In this document: piece after piece, positions 9,950-18,758 of the stretch | How the letters are laid out: each line of letters opens with the position of its first letter | Position numbering within the stretch: position 1 is the first letter of the stretch | NCBI GenBank assembly: GCA_045532755.1 | Contig: JAZSGN010000030.1 | Location: forward strand, 1,161-65,160 | From: Faecousia sp. | GTDB lineage: Bacteria; Bacillota; Clostridia; Oscillospirales; Oscillospiraceae | Length of the DNA stretch: 64,000 bases | Direction of reading: 5' to 3' | Notes under the pieces: generated by a model | Database searches by the model: none | What the model was told of the DNA's origin: nothing | Seen by the model: only the letters and a program-made list of their open reading frames with translations | Translations under genes and position numbers: made by a program

Positions 9950-10015
9950 GGTAACGATACCGGGTGGCGCAGGGCAGTAACGACCTTTCCTAAAAGCTGA
10001 ATGCGTACTGAAAAA
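9950..10015 (+). repeat. Family G copy
   Basis: GGTAACGATACCGGG...CAGGGCAGTAACGACCTTTCCTAAAAGCTGAATGCGTACTGAAAAA. Confidence 0.8.
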
Positions 10016-10041
10016 GCCCTGCCGGGTGGGCAGGGCTTTTT
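10011..10041. terminator. Bidirectional-type intrinsic terminator after ftsH
   Basis: AAAAAGCCCTGCC/GGCAGGGCTTTTT. Confidence 0.75.
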
Positions 10042-10075
10042 GGGGAGGTATAGGGGTAGCTTTTGCGGAGTTTGG

Positions 10076-11989
10076 TTATTCGGCAGGTTCGGTGGGTTCT
10101 GCAGGTTCGGTGGGTTCTGCCGTCTCCGTGGGTTCGGCGGGGCGGTTGACGAAGTTCATCAGCTCCTCGCCGGTGATGGTCTCCTTCAGCAGCAGGTACT
10201 GGGCGATCTCGTCCAGCAGGCCCCGGTTCTGCTGCAGCAGCTTCACCGCGTCGGCGTAGCAGGCCTTCAGAATCTGCTGCACCTGCCGGTCGATAAGGCC
10301 GGCGGTCTCCTGAGAGCAATCCAGATAGCTCTGGGTATCCAGATACTGGTGGGTCACTGCAGCGGGGGCCATGAGCCCCAGCTCCTCGCTCATGCCGTAC
10401 ATGGTGACCATGTTCCGGGCAAGGGCGGTGGCCTTCTGCAGATCGTTGGCGGCGCCGGTGGTCTGGATGCCGAACACCACCTGCTCCGCGGCACGGCCGC
10501 CCAAGGTGGTACGCAGGTGGACCAGCAGTTCCTCTTTCGTGGAAAGGAAACGCTCCTCCTCCGGCACATACATGGTATAGCCCAGCGCGCCGCTGGTATG
10601 GGGCACGATGGTGATCTTGCTGACGGGCTGGGACTTCTTTTCCAGCGCCGCCACCAGGGCGTGGCCCACCTCGTGGTAGGCGACCATCCGCTTTTCTTCC
10701 TCGGTAAGGACGGTGTTCTTCTTTTCCGTGCCTGCGATGACGGTTTCGAAGGAGGCCATCAGATCCTCCTGATTGACGGCCTTGCGGCCCTGCCGCACCG
10801 CCCGCAGAGCGGCTTCGTTCACCAGATTGGCCAGGTCCGCGCCCACCGCGCCGGCGGTGGCGTGGGCGATCTTGTCCAGATCCACATCCTCAGCCAGACG
10901 GATCTTCCGGGTGTGAACCCGCAGGGTCTCCAGACGGCCCTGATGATTGGGCCGGCCCACCTCGATGCGGCGGTCAAACCGGCCGGGCCGCAGCAGGGCT
11001 TTGTCCAGAATCTCGGGGCGGTTGGTGGCCGCAAGGATCACCACGCCCTTGGAGGAATCGAAGCCATCGATCTCGCCCAGAAGCTGGTTGAGGGTCTGGT
11101 CATTGTTGCCGAAGCGGGAGTCACGGGTGCGGCCCACCGCATCGATCTCATCAATAAAGATGATGCAGGGCGCAACCTTGGCCGCCTGACTGAACAGGTC
11201 CCGGACACGGCTGGCGCCGACGCCTACGAACATATCGTCAAAATCCGAGCCGGAGATGGAGAAGAAGGGCACATTGGCCTCGCCTGCCACAGCCTTGGCG
11301 ATGAGGGTCTTGCCGGTGCCGGGAGGGCCAACCAACAGCGCGCCCTTGGGCAGCTTTGCGCCGATTTCCCGGTATTTCTGGGGATTGTGGAGGAAATCGA
11401 TGATCTCCTGCAGGCTCTCCTTGGCCTCGTCCTGACCGGCAACATCCCGGAAGGTCACGCCGGTCTGCTTTTCCATATACACCTTGGCGCCGCTCTTGCC
11501 GAAGCCGCCGGTGATGCCCTCGCCGCTCATACGCTTGGAGATCATCCGCATACTGCTGAAAATCACCGCGAACATCACCGCGTACAGCAGCAGGGTGATG
11601 ATCCAGGAATTGTCCTTTACAATCAGCCGGCTCACGTCCACACCCTCGGCCGTCAGCTCCGCGGCCATGGCCATGGTATCGCCGCCGGTGGGCAGCCCGG
11701 TAAAGCAGGCCTTTTGCTGGCCCGGGTCTTTGGCGGCCTCTTCTTTCGTCAGGTAGATGATCCGGTCCGCCTGAAACTGCACCTCTGCCAGCTGCCCCTG
11801 CTCCTTGGCTTTCAGGAAATCGGAATAGCTGGTGGCGGTATATTTGCTGCCGGAGATCATATTCCACAGCATGCTGAACAGCAGAATGATCACAATGGTC
11901 GCGATCAGCGCGCCCCACAGGCTCACCTTCGGCTTCTTCTCGCCGTCGCCCCCGGGGGTGCCGGTAGGATTGTTTTTGTTTTCGTCCAT
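10076..11989 (-). CDS. ftsH: ATP-dependent zinc metalloprotease FtsH
   Basis: Two TM helices, [35 protein letters not shown] and the HEVGH zinc motif. C-terminal AEPTE repeats. Confidence 0.93.
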   Translation of the reverse strand: MDENKNNPTGTPGGDGEKKPKVSLWGALIATIVIILLFSMLWNMISGSKYTATSYSDFLKAKEQGQLAEVQFQADRIIYLTKEEAAKDPGQQKACFTGLPTGGDTMAMAAELTAEGVDVSRLIVKDNSWIITLLLYAVMFAVIFSSMRMISKRMSGEGITGGFGKSGAKVYMEKQTGVTFRDVAGQDEAKESLQEIIDFLHNPQKYREIGAKLPKGALLVGPPGTGKTLIAKAVAGEANVPFFSISGSDFDDMFVGVGASRVRDLFSQAAKVAPCIIFIDEIDAVGRTRDSRFGNNDQTLNQLLGEIDGFDSSKGVVILAATNRPEILDKALLRPGRFDRRIEVGRPNHQGRLETLRVHTRKIRLAEDVDLDKIAHATAGAVGADLANLVNEAALRAVRQGRKAVNQEDLMASFETVIAGTEKKNTVLTEEEKRMVAYHEVGHALVAALEKKSQPVSKITIVPHTSGALGYTMYVPEEERFLSTKEELLVHLRTTLGGRAAEQVVFGIQTTGAANDLQKATALARNMVTMYGMSEELGLMAPAAVTHQYLDTQSYLDCSQETAGLIDRQVQQILKACYADAVKLLQQNRGLLDEIAQYLLLKETITGEELMNFVNRPAEPTETAEPTEPAEPTEPAE

Positions 11990-12127
11990 AATCCTGCCTC
12001 CTTTTTTCAGCCTACATCATAACATACTTTTTTCGCTAACGCAACGCAATTTCCCCCGGCAAAGGGGTAAACTTTCTGTGAATAGCCGGATTTTTCCCAA
12101 CAAATTCCCGGAAAAGCAAAACATCGG

Positions 12128-12156
12128 TTGCAGGCCGGGAAATTATTTGATATAAT
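12128..12156 (+). promoter_or_regulatory. Sigma-A promoter with extended -10
   Basis: TTGCAG-17 bp-TATAAT with TG at the extended -10 position. Confidence 0.65.
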
Positions 12157-12198
12157 GAGGGCATAACTGTAACCATTTTTATCGGGAGTTGAACGGAT

Positions 12199-12987
12199 AT
12201 GAAAGATAACCGCCGCTTCCGGCAGCAGGATGCCCTGCCCCCGGAAGAAAACGAAGGCCAGCTGGAAGGCCGCAACGCCGTGACCGAAGCGCTGCGAAGC
12301 GGGCGAACCATCGACAAGGTGTTCATCGCCTCCGGCGAGACCGACCGGGGTCTGCAGCGCCTTGCCGCTCAGGCCAAGGAGGCCGGGGCTGTGGTGGTCA
12401 GCGTTGACCGCCGCAAGCTGGATGCCATGAGCCAGAGCCACGCCCATCAGGGCATCATCGCCCTGGCCGCCGCAAGAGCCTATTTCTCGGTAGACGACAT
12501 TCTCGCCGAGGCCGAGAGCCGGGGCGAAGCGCCGCTGATCGTCATCTGCGACGAGCTGTCGGACCCCCATAATCTGGGCGCTATCCTGCGCTGCGCCGAG
12601 TGCGCCGGCGCCCACGGTGTCATCATCCCCAAGCGCCGCAGCGTAGGGCTGACGGCGGTGGTGGCCAAGGCCTCCGCCGGGGCGGTGGAGTATATGAAGG
12701 TGGCCCGGGTCACCAACATCACCGCCACCATCGAGGAGCTGAAAAAGCGGGGCGTGTGGATCTTCGGCACGGCCGCCGAAGGCTCCATCCCCATGTACAA
12801 GGCCGACCTGAAGGGCGCTGCCGCCATCGTTATCGGCTCGGAGGGCGACGGCATGAGCCGCCTGGTCCGCCAGAGCTGCGATGTGACCGTCAGCATTCCC
12901 CTGCTGGGCAAAATTTCTTCGCTGAACGCTTCTGCCGCCGCCGCCATTTTGCTCTATGAAGCGGTGCGCCAGAGAATGGGAGGATAA
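12199..12987 (+). CDS. rlmB: 23S rRNA (G2251) 2'-O-methyltransferase, SpoU/TrmH family
   Basis: EGRNAV.EAL, HQG, DPHNLGAILR, IGSEG.G and SLNAS. Confidence 0.92.
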   Translation: MKDNRRFRQQDALPPEENEGQLEGRNAVTEALRSGRTIDKVFIASGETDRGLQRLAAQAKEAGAVVVSVDRRKLDAMSQSHAHQGIIALAAARAYFSVDDILAEAESRGEAPLIVICDELSDPHNLGAILRCAECAGAHGVIIPKRRSVGLTAVVAKASAGAVEYMKVARVTNITATIEELKKRGVWIFGTAAEGSIPMYKADLKGAAAIVIGSEGDGMSRLVRQSCDVTVSIPLLGKISSLNASAAAAILLYEAVRQRMGG

Positions 12988-12988
12988 C

Positions 12989-14992
12989 ATGGACGATCAG
13001 GAATCTTTGGATCTGAATCTGGACGATATCATGAAGGAATTCGGCTCGGAAGACCCGGCGCCCCCCGCCGATGAGCCGGCGGACGCCCCGGCGGATGCCC
13101 CGGCGGACGAGCCGGCCGCGCCCCCTCCTGCGGTTGACAGCGACACCGTCCGCATTGCCCTTCCGCCGAAAAAATCCCCTGCCCCCGTAACCGGCGATAC
13201 GGTTCGGCTGGAGGGGCTGGATCAGCTGCCGGAAGACCCCGCCAAGCCCGAGCCCTTCTCGGAAAACTGGGAACCGGAGTACGATCAGCCTATGGGAGAT
13301 TATGTGCCGCCCAAGCCCATTGTATTCCGCCCCAAATCCCGGCTGCGGGAGCTGAAGCGGAAACTGGTGGCAGGTCCTGAAAAGCGCTACTACGATCTGA
13401 CGGAGATCGGCGTGGGCAAGATCCAGCTGCTGATGCTGGCGAGCCTGGTGGTTTCCCTTGTAAGTATTTTCATCACCCTGCTCTACGCCCGTGGGCAGGT
13501 GGCGGATGACCGGCTGAAGCTGATGATCTTCCTGCAGTTCTTTGCGCTGCTGATCTCCGGCCTTCTGGGCAGCCACCGGATGCTGGACGGTGTCATTGAT
13601 CTGCTGCGGGGGCGGTTCTCCCTGAACACGGTGCTGTTTTTCAGCTTCGCCGCCTGCGTAACCGATGGCGTGTTCTGCCTGCAGGAGCAGCGGATGCCCT
13701 GCTGCGCCGCCTTCAGCCTGCAGGTTGCCATGTCGCTGTGGGCCACTTACCACAAGCGCACCACGGAAATGGGCCAGATGGACACCCTTCGCAAGGCCTC
13801 CCAGCTGGATGCCCTGACCCCCACGGCGGACTACCACGAAGGCTGCCAGGGTCTGCTCCGCTCCGACGGACGGGTGGAGGATTTCATGGACACCTACGAC
13901 AAACCCTCCGCTCCGGAGAAGGTGATGTCGGTATACTCCCTGCTGGCGCTGCTGATCGGCATCGGCAGCGGCGTTGCCGGCGGAATGCTCCACAACAGCA
14001 TCCCCTTCGGCGTGCAGGTCAGCGCGGTGGCGCTGCTGGTGGCGGTTCCCGTTACCGCCTTCATTACCCTGACCCGCCCCATGGCCATTCTGGAGAAGAA
14101 GCTCCACCGGGTTCACACCGTTCTGTGCGGCTGGCAGGGCATCAAGGCGCTGAGCCGCCGCAGCGTGTTCCCCATCACCTTTGACGACCTCTTCCCCGCC
14201 GGCAGCTGCAAGCTCAACGGCGTGAAGTTCTACGGCAGCCGGGACCCTGACCTGGTAGTTGCCTACGCCACGGCGCTGGTAAACGCCGACGGCAGCGGCC
14301 TCGCTCCCCTGTTCACCCAGCTGCTGGAGAGCCGCAACGGCCTGAAAATGCAGGTGGAAAGCCTGCGGGAGTACGGCATGGGCGGCATCGGCGGCGATGT
14401 GGACGGCGAGAGCGTGATGGTAGGCGTGCACAGCTTCCTGAAGGACATGGGTGTGGAAATCCCCGAAGGCACCCGGGTGAATCAGGCGGTGTATGTGGCC
14501 ATCGACGGCGAGCTTTCCGGCGTATTCGCTGTGTCCTACGGCAAGGATAAGTCCAGCGCGGCCGGCATGAGTCAGCTGACCGCCCAGCGGCGGCTGCAGA
14601 CGGTGCTGGTTTCCGGCGGCTTTATGCTGACGGAGAGCTTCCTGCGAAGCCGGTTCAATGTTCCGACCAAGCGGATGAGCTTTCCGGAGCTGGAGGTGCG
14701 GCGGCAGCTGTCCGCTGCGCAAGTGCCGAAGGAAAATGTGGCAGCGGCGCTGGTGACGAAGCCCTCCCTTGCCCCCTTTGCCTATGCGGTGTCCGGCGCA
14801 AGGTCGGTGCGTACCGCCTGCATCATCGGCACGGTGATCCACCTGCTGGGCGGCCTGCTGGGTCTTGGTATGCTGGCGGCGCTGGCCTATGTGGGCGCGG
14901 CCCAGCTGCTGACCCCTGCCAATGTGCTGCTGTATCAGCTGGTCTGGCTGGTTCCGGGCCTTCTGATCACCGAGTGGACAAGAACTTTATAA
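12989..14992 (+). CDS. Polytopic membrane protein with degenerate P1B-type ATPase-like architecture
   Basis: Acidic/Pro-rich N-terminus, several TM helices and a cytoplasmic VYVAIDGELSGVFAV segment like heavy-metal ATPases, but no DKTGT. Start ATG 12989 behind GGAGG. Confidence 0.55.
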   Translation: MDDQESLDLNLDDIMKEFGSEDPAPPADEPADAPADAPADEPAAPPPAVDSDTVRIALPPKKSPAPVTGDTVRLEGLDQLPEDPAKPEPFSENWEPEYDQPMGDYVPPKPIVFRPKSRLRELKRKLVAGPEKRYYDLTEIGVGKIQLLMLASLVVSLVSIFITLLYARGQVADDRLKLMIFLQFFALLISGLLGSHRMLDGVIDLLRGRFSLNTVLFFSFAACVTDGVFCLQEQRMPCCAAFSLQVAMSLWATYHKRTTEMGQMDTLRKASQLDALTPTADYHEGCQGLLRSDGRVEDFMDTYDKPSAPEKVMSVYSLLALLIGIGSGVAGGMLHNSIPFGVQVSAVALLVAVPVTAFITLTRPMAILEKKLHRVHTVLCGWQGIKALSRRSVFPITFDDLFPAGSCKLNGVKFYGSRDPDLVVAYATALVNADGSGLAPLFTQLLESRNGLKMQVESLREYGMGGIGGDVDGESVMVGVHSFLKDMGVEIPEGTRVNQAVYVAIDGELSGVFAVSYGKDKSSAAGMSQLTAQRRLQTVLVSGGFMLTESFLRSRFNVPTKRMSFPELEVRRQLSAAQVPKENVAAALVTKPSLAPFAYAVSGARSVRTACIIGTVIHLLGGLLGLGMLAALAYVGAAQLLTPANVLLYQLVWLVPGLLITEWTRTL

Positions 14993-15000
14993 GAAACCCC

Positions 15001-15035
15001 AACGCCCGGCAGACCCGCCGGGCGTTGATTTTTTT
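15001..15035 (+). terminator. Intrinsic terminator
   Basis: AACGCCCGGC/GCCGGGCGTT hairpin plus a T-run. Confidence 0.75.
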
Positions 15036-15054
15036 GCGATTGGTGGTTGCGAAC

Positions 15055-15278
15055 ATCGCTTCCCCCGGGGGGAAGCTGTCAGCGGCAGCTGACTGAAGAG
15101 GAATGCGGGCGGACAGCCGAAAGATTTCTGCCACTGTTAGACCTTTTCCTTGTTCTGTTCTGCCGCCATTCCTGCGACTCGCTAAGAGCCGCCTTCGGCG
15201 GTTGCTCGCTTGCACAGCGCCTGCGGGCGCTAGTCTCCCACCGCTTCGCGGTCCCCCCTCTCCCCGGGAGAGGGTATT
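15055..15278 (+). repeat. Family A copy 2 with an inverted module E variant inserted in the right half
   Basis: Family A ends, with an extra GCGACTCGCTAAGAGCCGCCTTCGGCGGTTGCTC...GCGCCTGCGGGCGC at ~15173-15230. Confidence 0.88.
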
Positions 15279-15302
15279 TCCCTACATCCTCCCGCGGCCA
15301 TA

Positions 15303-15334
15303 GAAAAAGCCTTCCCAAAAAGGGAAGGCTTTTC
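15303..15334 (-). terminator. Intrinsic terminator ending the radical SAM/PqqD operon
   Basis: AAAAGCCTTCCC/GGGAAGGCTTTT. Confidence 0.75.
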
Positions 15335-15343
15335 GTTGGACTT

Positions 15344-15607
15344 TTATGCCAGCAGGCCGGCGCGGTCAAGGCTTTGCAAAAAGGCATCCATATCCTGCCG
15401 GGCGGTGTCGGCATCCACCTCGAACTCGGCGCAGATGGCGGCAAGCAGGGTCTGCCGGTCGGTTTCCTCTTTCAAGACTTGGCAGATGAACGCCCCCACC
15501 TCGTTGGTGGTGACCATGCCGGAGAATTTCAGCGCCGCCGAACCCATGGGGATCAGCACCTGCTCCCCGGCGATCTGCCGGATGGCAAACTCATATTTCA
15601 GCTTCAT
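15344..15607 (-). CDS. PqqD-family / RiPP recognition element (RRE) protein
   Basis: 87 aa: RQIAGEQVLIP...NEVGAFI...ICAEFEVD...D..AFL..L..AGLL, the typical PqqD pattern. Confidence 0.88.
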   Translation of the reverse strand: MKLKYEFAIRQIAGEQVLIPMGSAALKFSGMVTTNEVGAFICQVLKEETDRQTLLAAICAEFEVDADTARQDMDAFLQSLDRAGLLA

Positions 15608-15618
15608 GGCAGCTCCTT

Positions 15619-16209
15619 TCAGTTCTCGTAGAGGCTGGGCAGCAGAATCTCGTTGAGGTAGATCACCAGTTCCTCCATGGTAGCGGTGGGCAGACCCTCC
15701 AGATCGATGGGGGCAACCTCATCGTAGGTGGCGTAGCCGGTCTGCATGGAGCTGATGTCCCGGGTGCCGGCTTCGCTGCGGCGGCCTTCCAAAGGTTTGA
15801 GCCGCAGCAGCACCGTTTCGCCCCCTACCGTCAGCTGCAGGTAGATGCCGGGGCTGCTCCCCTTATTCTCCAGCGGGGTTTCCGAGAGGAAATAGGCCAC
15901 CGCATCGGTGGTTTCGGGGTAGGCAAGGTAGGCAGCCATGGTCCCCGCCGCCGCCAACCACTGCTCGTAGCTGCCCTCGCTGAGCTGGGGCAGGGTCACA
16001 GGGGGCTGGGTTTCCGCTTCTGTCGGCTGGGTTTCCGCTTCTGTCGGGTTGGTTTCCAAAGGCTGGGTCTGGGTGGTAGGTAGGGTTTCTGCCGGGGGCT
16101 GGGGCTGATCCGGCAGCAAAAACAGCACCAGCGCCGCTGCCGCAGCCAGCGCCAGGGCGATCACCGCCAGCGCCGCGCCAATACTAACCCGGTTATTCTT
16201 CTTGTCCAT
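15619..16209 (-). CDS. Hypothetical membrane-anchored protein with a Pro/Thr/Glu-rich linker
   Basis: N-terminal TM helix, duplicated PTEAETQ and a ~125-aa C-terminal domain. Its start overlaps the rSAM stop. Confidence 0.7.
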   Translation of the reverse strand: MDKKNNRVSIGAALAVIALALAAAAALVLFLLPDQPQPPAETLPTTQTQPLETNPTEAETQPTEAETQPPVTLPQLSEGSYEQWLAAAGTMAAYLAYPETTDAVAYFLSETPLENKGSSPGIYLQLTVGGETVLLRLKPLEGRRSEAGTRDISSMQTGYATYDEVAPIDLEGLPTATMEELVIYLNEILLPSLYEN

Positions 16210-17302
16210 GAAGGCGTTCCTCCAATTCTTTGTTGATCAGCTGCAGCACGCAGTCGGCCATTTCGCACAGATAGGGGGCTTTTTTGTTCACATCCCCGGT
16301 CTCCGCCTCGATCATGGCTACGCAGGGGTTGCACACATCCCGCTTGGGGCAGCCGGCGCAGCCGGACATGACCGCAGCGCTCCGCACCGCATCCGTCAGC
16401 CGGTTCCAGCAGGCGGAAAATTCCTCCCGGAAGGGGTACTCTTTCCGGGGGAAGGAAGTAATGCCGCAGGCAGTCATGACCCCCTCCCAGCTGATCCAGA
16501 AGCCGCTGCGGCCTGCCCGGCAGCGCATTTCCTCGCCCCGGTCCGCGCCCCAATCGGCATCGGTTTCGGCGGGGCGATCCTCCCGGGAGAGAAATTTGGC
16601 AAAGGCCGTGTCGCTGAGCTGGAATTTCGCCCGGTGCAGCAGCATTTGGGCCGCTTCCTCCGGCGCGAAGCGGGAATCGGTGCGTTCCTGCTCCCGGCGC
16701 ACCGGGGGGAACATATAGGTTGCCACCCGGGCGGTCAGCCCCCGGTCTTTGGCAAGGGTCATAATGGCGGTGAGATCCTGCTTATTTTCGGGGATCACGC
16801 TGCAGTTGATCACCACGGGAATCCCCGCCGCCTGCAGAGAATCGATGGCGTTCAGCGCCCGGCGGAAGCCATCGGGATTGCCGCAGATGCGGCGGTAGGT
16901 TTCCTCCGACGCGCCGTAGAGAGTCACATTCACCCGGCTGGGGGCGTAGTCCTTCAGCCACGCGATGGTTTCGCTGTCAATCAGCGTGCCGTTGGTGTTG
17001 ATGGAGAGGATAAAACCCATTTTATGCAGGGCGATATAAAGCTCTTTGAAATGGGGATAGAGAAAGGGCTCGCCGCCGGTGAGCAGCAGGTACAGCGTGC
17101 CGGCATCCCGGCATTTTTCCGCCAGGGAAAGCCAGTCCTGCCAGGAAAGCAATGTCTTCCCCTCGGAGCGCAGCTGCTCCGGGGTTTTGCGGACATAGCA
17201 CATCTTGCAGGCAAAATTGCAAACCGGGGAAAGCTCAAAGGTGCCGTTGAGGGGAATCCGGTTTTGCGAGGCCTTGGAATGGAGATAATCGGAAACGGTC
17301 AC
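16193..17302 (-). CDS. Radical SAM / SPASM-domain peptide-maturase-like protein
   Basis: CNFACKMC (CxxxCxxC), TGGEP and NTNG. C-terminal C-x12-G-x4-C...CAGC-x5-CNPC...C SPASM-like Cys set. Confidence 0.88.
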   Translation of the reverse strand: MTVSDYLHSKASQNRIPLNGTFELSPVCNFACKMCYVRKTPEQLRSEGKTLLSWQDWLSLAEKCRDAGTLYLLLTGGEPFLYPHFKELYIALHKMGFILSINTNGTLIDSETIAWLKDYAPSRVNVTLYGASEETYRRICGNPDGFRRALNAIDSLQAAGIPVVINCSVIPENKQDLTAIMTLAKDRGLTARVATYMFPPVRREQERTDSRFAPEEAAQMLLHRAKFQLSDTAFAKFLSREDRPAETDADWGADRGEEMRCRAGRSGFWISWEGVMTACGITSFPRKEYPFREEFSACWNRLTDAVRSAAVMSGCAGCPKRDVCNPCVAMIEAETGDVNKKAPYLCEMADCVLQLINKELEERLHGQEE

Positions 17303-18171
17303 AGCGCCCCCACCTCCTGAAGATAGTTTTGCAGCGTTTCCACCGCGCCGGCATCCGGGCGGCAGGAAAGTCCCACCACCGGCACGCTGGCGCTGAGGTC
17401 AGCGGCTGCGGAAAAGGCCAGATCGATGTCGGCAAGATCGTTTTGGTAAACCGTCATGCCCGCCACCAGGGCGCGCTGGCGGCCGCCTTCGGTGAGGGGG
17501 AGGATCCGGTTCTGCTGCCCCTGGGACAGCACCGCCACCGCCGCCAGCGGCAGGCGGAAATTCTCGCAGATGAGGGACGAGCCGCAGCAGGGGTAGCCAT
17601 AGGCCTGCCACTTCCCTTCCCGCTTGCCCAGCAGCACCCGATCGCCATTGAGAACACGGGCGCCGGCGTGGCCGCGCCACAGGTCGGCCTGGGTGGATTT
17701 TCCCGTTTCCGAGGGGGCGGTGAAGGCGATGGCCTTACCCCCAAATTCGATGCAGGAAGCATGGAGAATGGGGCAGCCCAGCTGCAGCAGCGCTTTATGC
17801 AGGCCGCAGACACCGAAAAACCAGTCGAAATCCAGCCGGATCTGGTAGTTGAGCACCGGGTCGAACCAGATGCCATCGTCCCGGCCGGCAGCCACCCGGT
17901 CCGGCCAGATGGCGTAGCCGCCGCGAACATAGCTCCAATTATACAGATGGACCCGTTCGCCGTCAACATGGTAAATATCGTAAAGGTGGTTTTCCTCCAC
18001 CTTGGTATGCGAAGTAATGTATTTCAGAGGGGCGACACGGCCTCTGAGGGCAATGGTTTGGCCCGACCAGGGGCCATCGTAGCGGAATTTTTCCATAAAT
18101 TCCCCGGGGGTCAGGCTGTAGCCGTCGCATTGCCAGGTAATTAAAATGTCGCCGATCAAAAAGCGGTCCAT
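17299..18171 (-). CDS. HPr-kinase-related P-loop protein (ScmC / lasso-kinase-like)
   Basis: LHASCI...AFTAPSETGKST...LNGDR. AGGAGGT RBS before ATG 18171, and its stop overlaps the rSAM start. Confidence 0.75.
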   Translation of the reverse strand: MDRFLIGDILITWQCDGYSLTPGEFMEKFRYDGPWSGQTIALRGRVAPLKYITSHTKVEENHLYDIYHVDGERVHLYNWSYVRGGYAIWPDRVAAGRDDGIWFDPVLNYQIRLDFDWFFGVCGLHKALLQLGCPILHASCIEFGGKAIAFTAPSETGKSTQADLWRGHAGARVLNGDRVLLGKREGKWQAYGYPCCGSSLICENFRLPLAAVAVLSQGQQNRILPLTEGGRQRALVAGMTVYQNDLADIDLAFSAAADLSASVPVVGLSCRPDAGAVETLQNYLQEVGAL

Positions 18172-18205
18172 GCGTGGCACCTCCTGAGATGGTTTTTGGG
18201 GGAGC

Positions 18206-18369
18206 ATCGCTTCCCCCGGGGGGAAGCTGTCAGCGATAGCTGACTGAAGAGGAATGCGGGAGAAAACCTGATGGCTTACTAAAACTATCAGACTTTCTCT
18301 ATAGTCGGTTCTTCCGCCGTTCCTCTCCCGCCCCCCTTTGGGGGCACCCTCTCCCCGGGAGAGGGTATT
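18206..18369 (+). repeat. Family A copy 3
   Basis: Same ends and hairpins as copy 1. Confidence 0.9.
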
Positions 18370-18436
18370 AGGCGAAGTTATGAATTGATAATTGTTAATT
18401 ATCAATTGTCAACTGTCAACTGACGACGGGGACGGA

Positions 18437-18463
18437 ATAAGGGGGGCGCGAGGCCCCCCTTAT
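18437..18463 (-). terminator. Stem-loop after the precursor gene (weak terminator or mRNA stabiliser)
   Basis: ATAAGGGGGGC/GCCCCCCTTAT hairpin with only a short U-tract. Confidence 0.55.
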
Positions 18464-18480
18464 GGTGTTTGGTTTGGCGA

Positions 18481-18744
18481 TCAGGAAGTAAGGAACTGGT
18501 CGCTCATGCTCATGGCCTGATAGCAGGTGTCCATCTGGGTGATGTCGATGCCGTTGGGAATCTCCGTGGGGCAAACGCCGCCGAAGAAGAACACGGTGGT
18601 ATCAACCCAGCCGGTATCATCGTGGGTGGTGCAGGTGTCTACCGAGTGGGCAAGGGTGATCTTGCCGCTGCAGGCACCGGCGATGGCGGCGTTCAGCTGG
18701 AAGGACTCTACTGCCAGATAGGGCTTGGAATATGTCTTTTTCAT
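18481..18744 (-). CDS. Putative RiPP precursor peptide (87 aa, YxKP leader, 4 Cys)
   Basis: MKKTYSKPYL leader resembling the RRE-binding YxxPxL motif, Cys at 25/38/58/74, GGAGG RBS. Lies upstream of kinase, rSAM and PqqD genes. Confidence 0.7.
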   Translation of the reverse strand: MKKTYSKPYLAVESFQLNAAIAGACSGKITLAHSVDTCTTHDDTGWVDTTVFFFGGVCPTEIPNGIDITQMDTCYQAMSMSDQFLTS

Positions 18745-18758
18745 GTTCAATCCCCTCC

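Noticed and set aside
10076-10140. 18-bp tandem repeats at the ftsH 3' end (also the TEAT repeats at ~27307-27385)
   Set aside because: These are ordinary in-frame low-complexity linkers with no sign of phase variation.
18172-18405. N-terminal extension of the kinase-like ORF through family A copy 3
   Set aside because: A strong AGGAGGT RBS precedes ATG 18171, and the extension is just translated repeat sequence.
18481-18744. Classical lasso peptide or SCIFF assignment of the precursor
   Set aside because: There is no asparagine-synthetase-like cyclase or transglutaminase-like B2 protease in the window, and it lacks the six-Cys SCIFF pattern.
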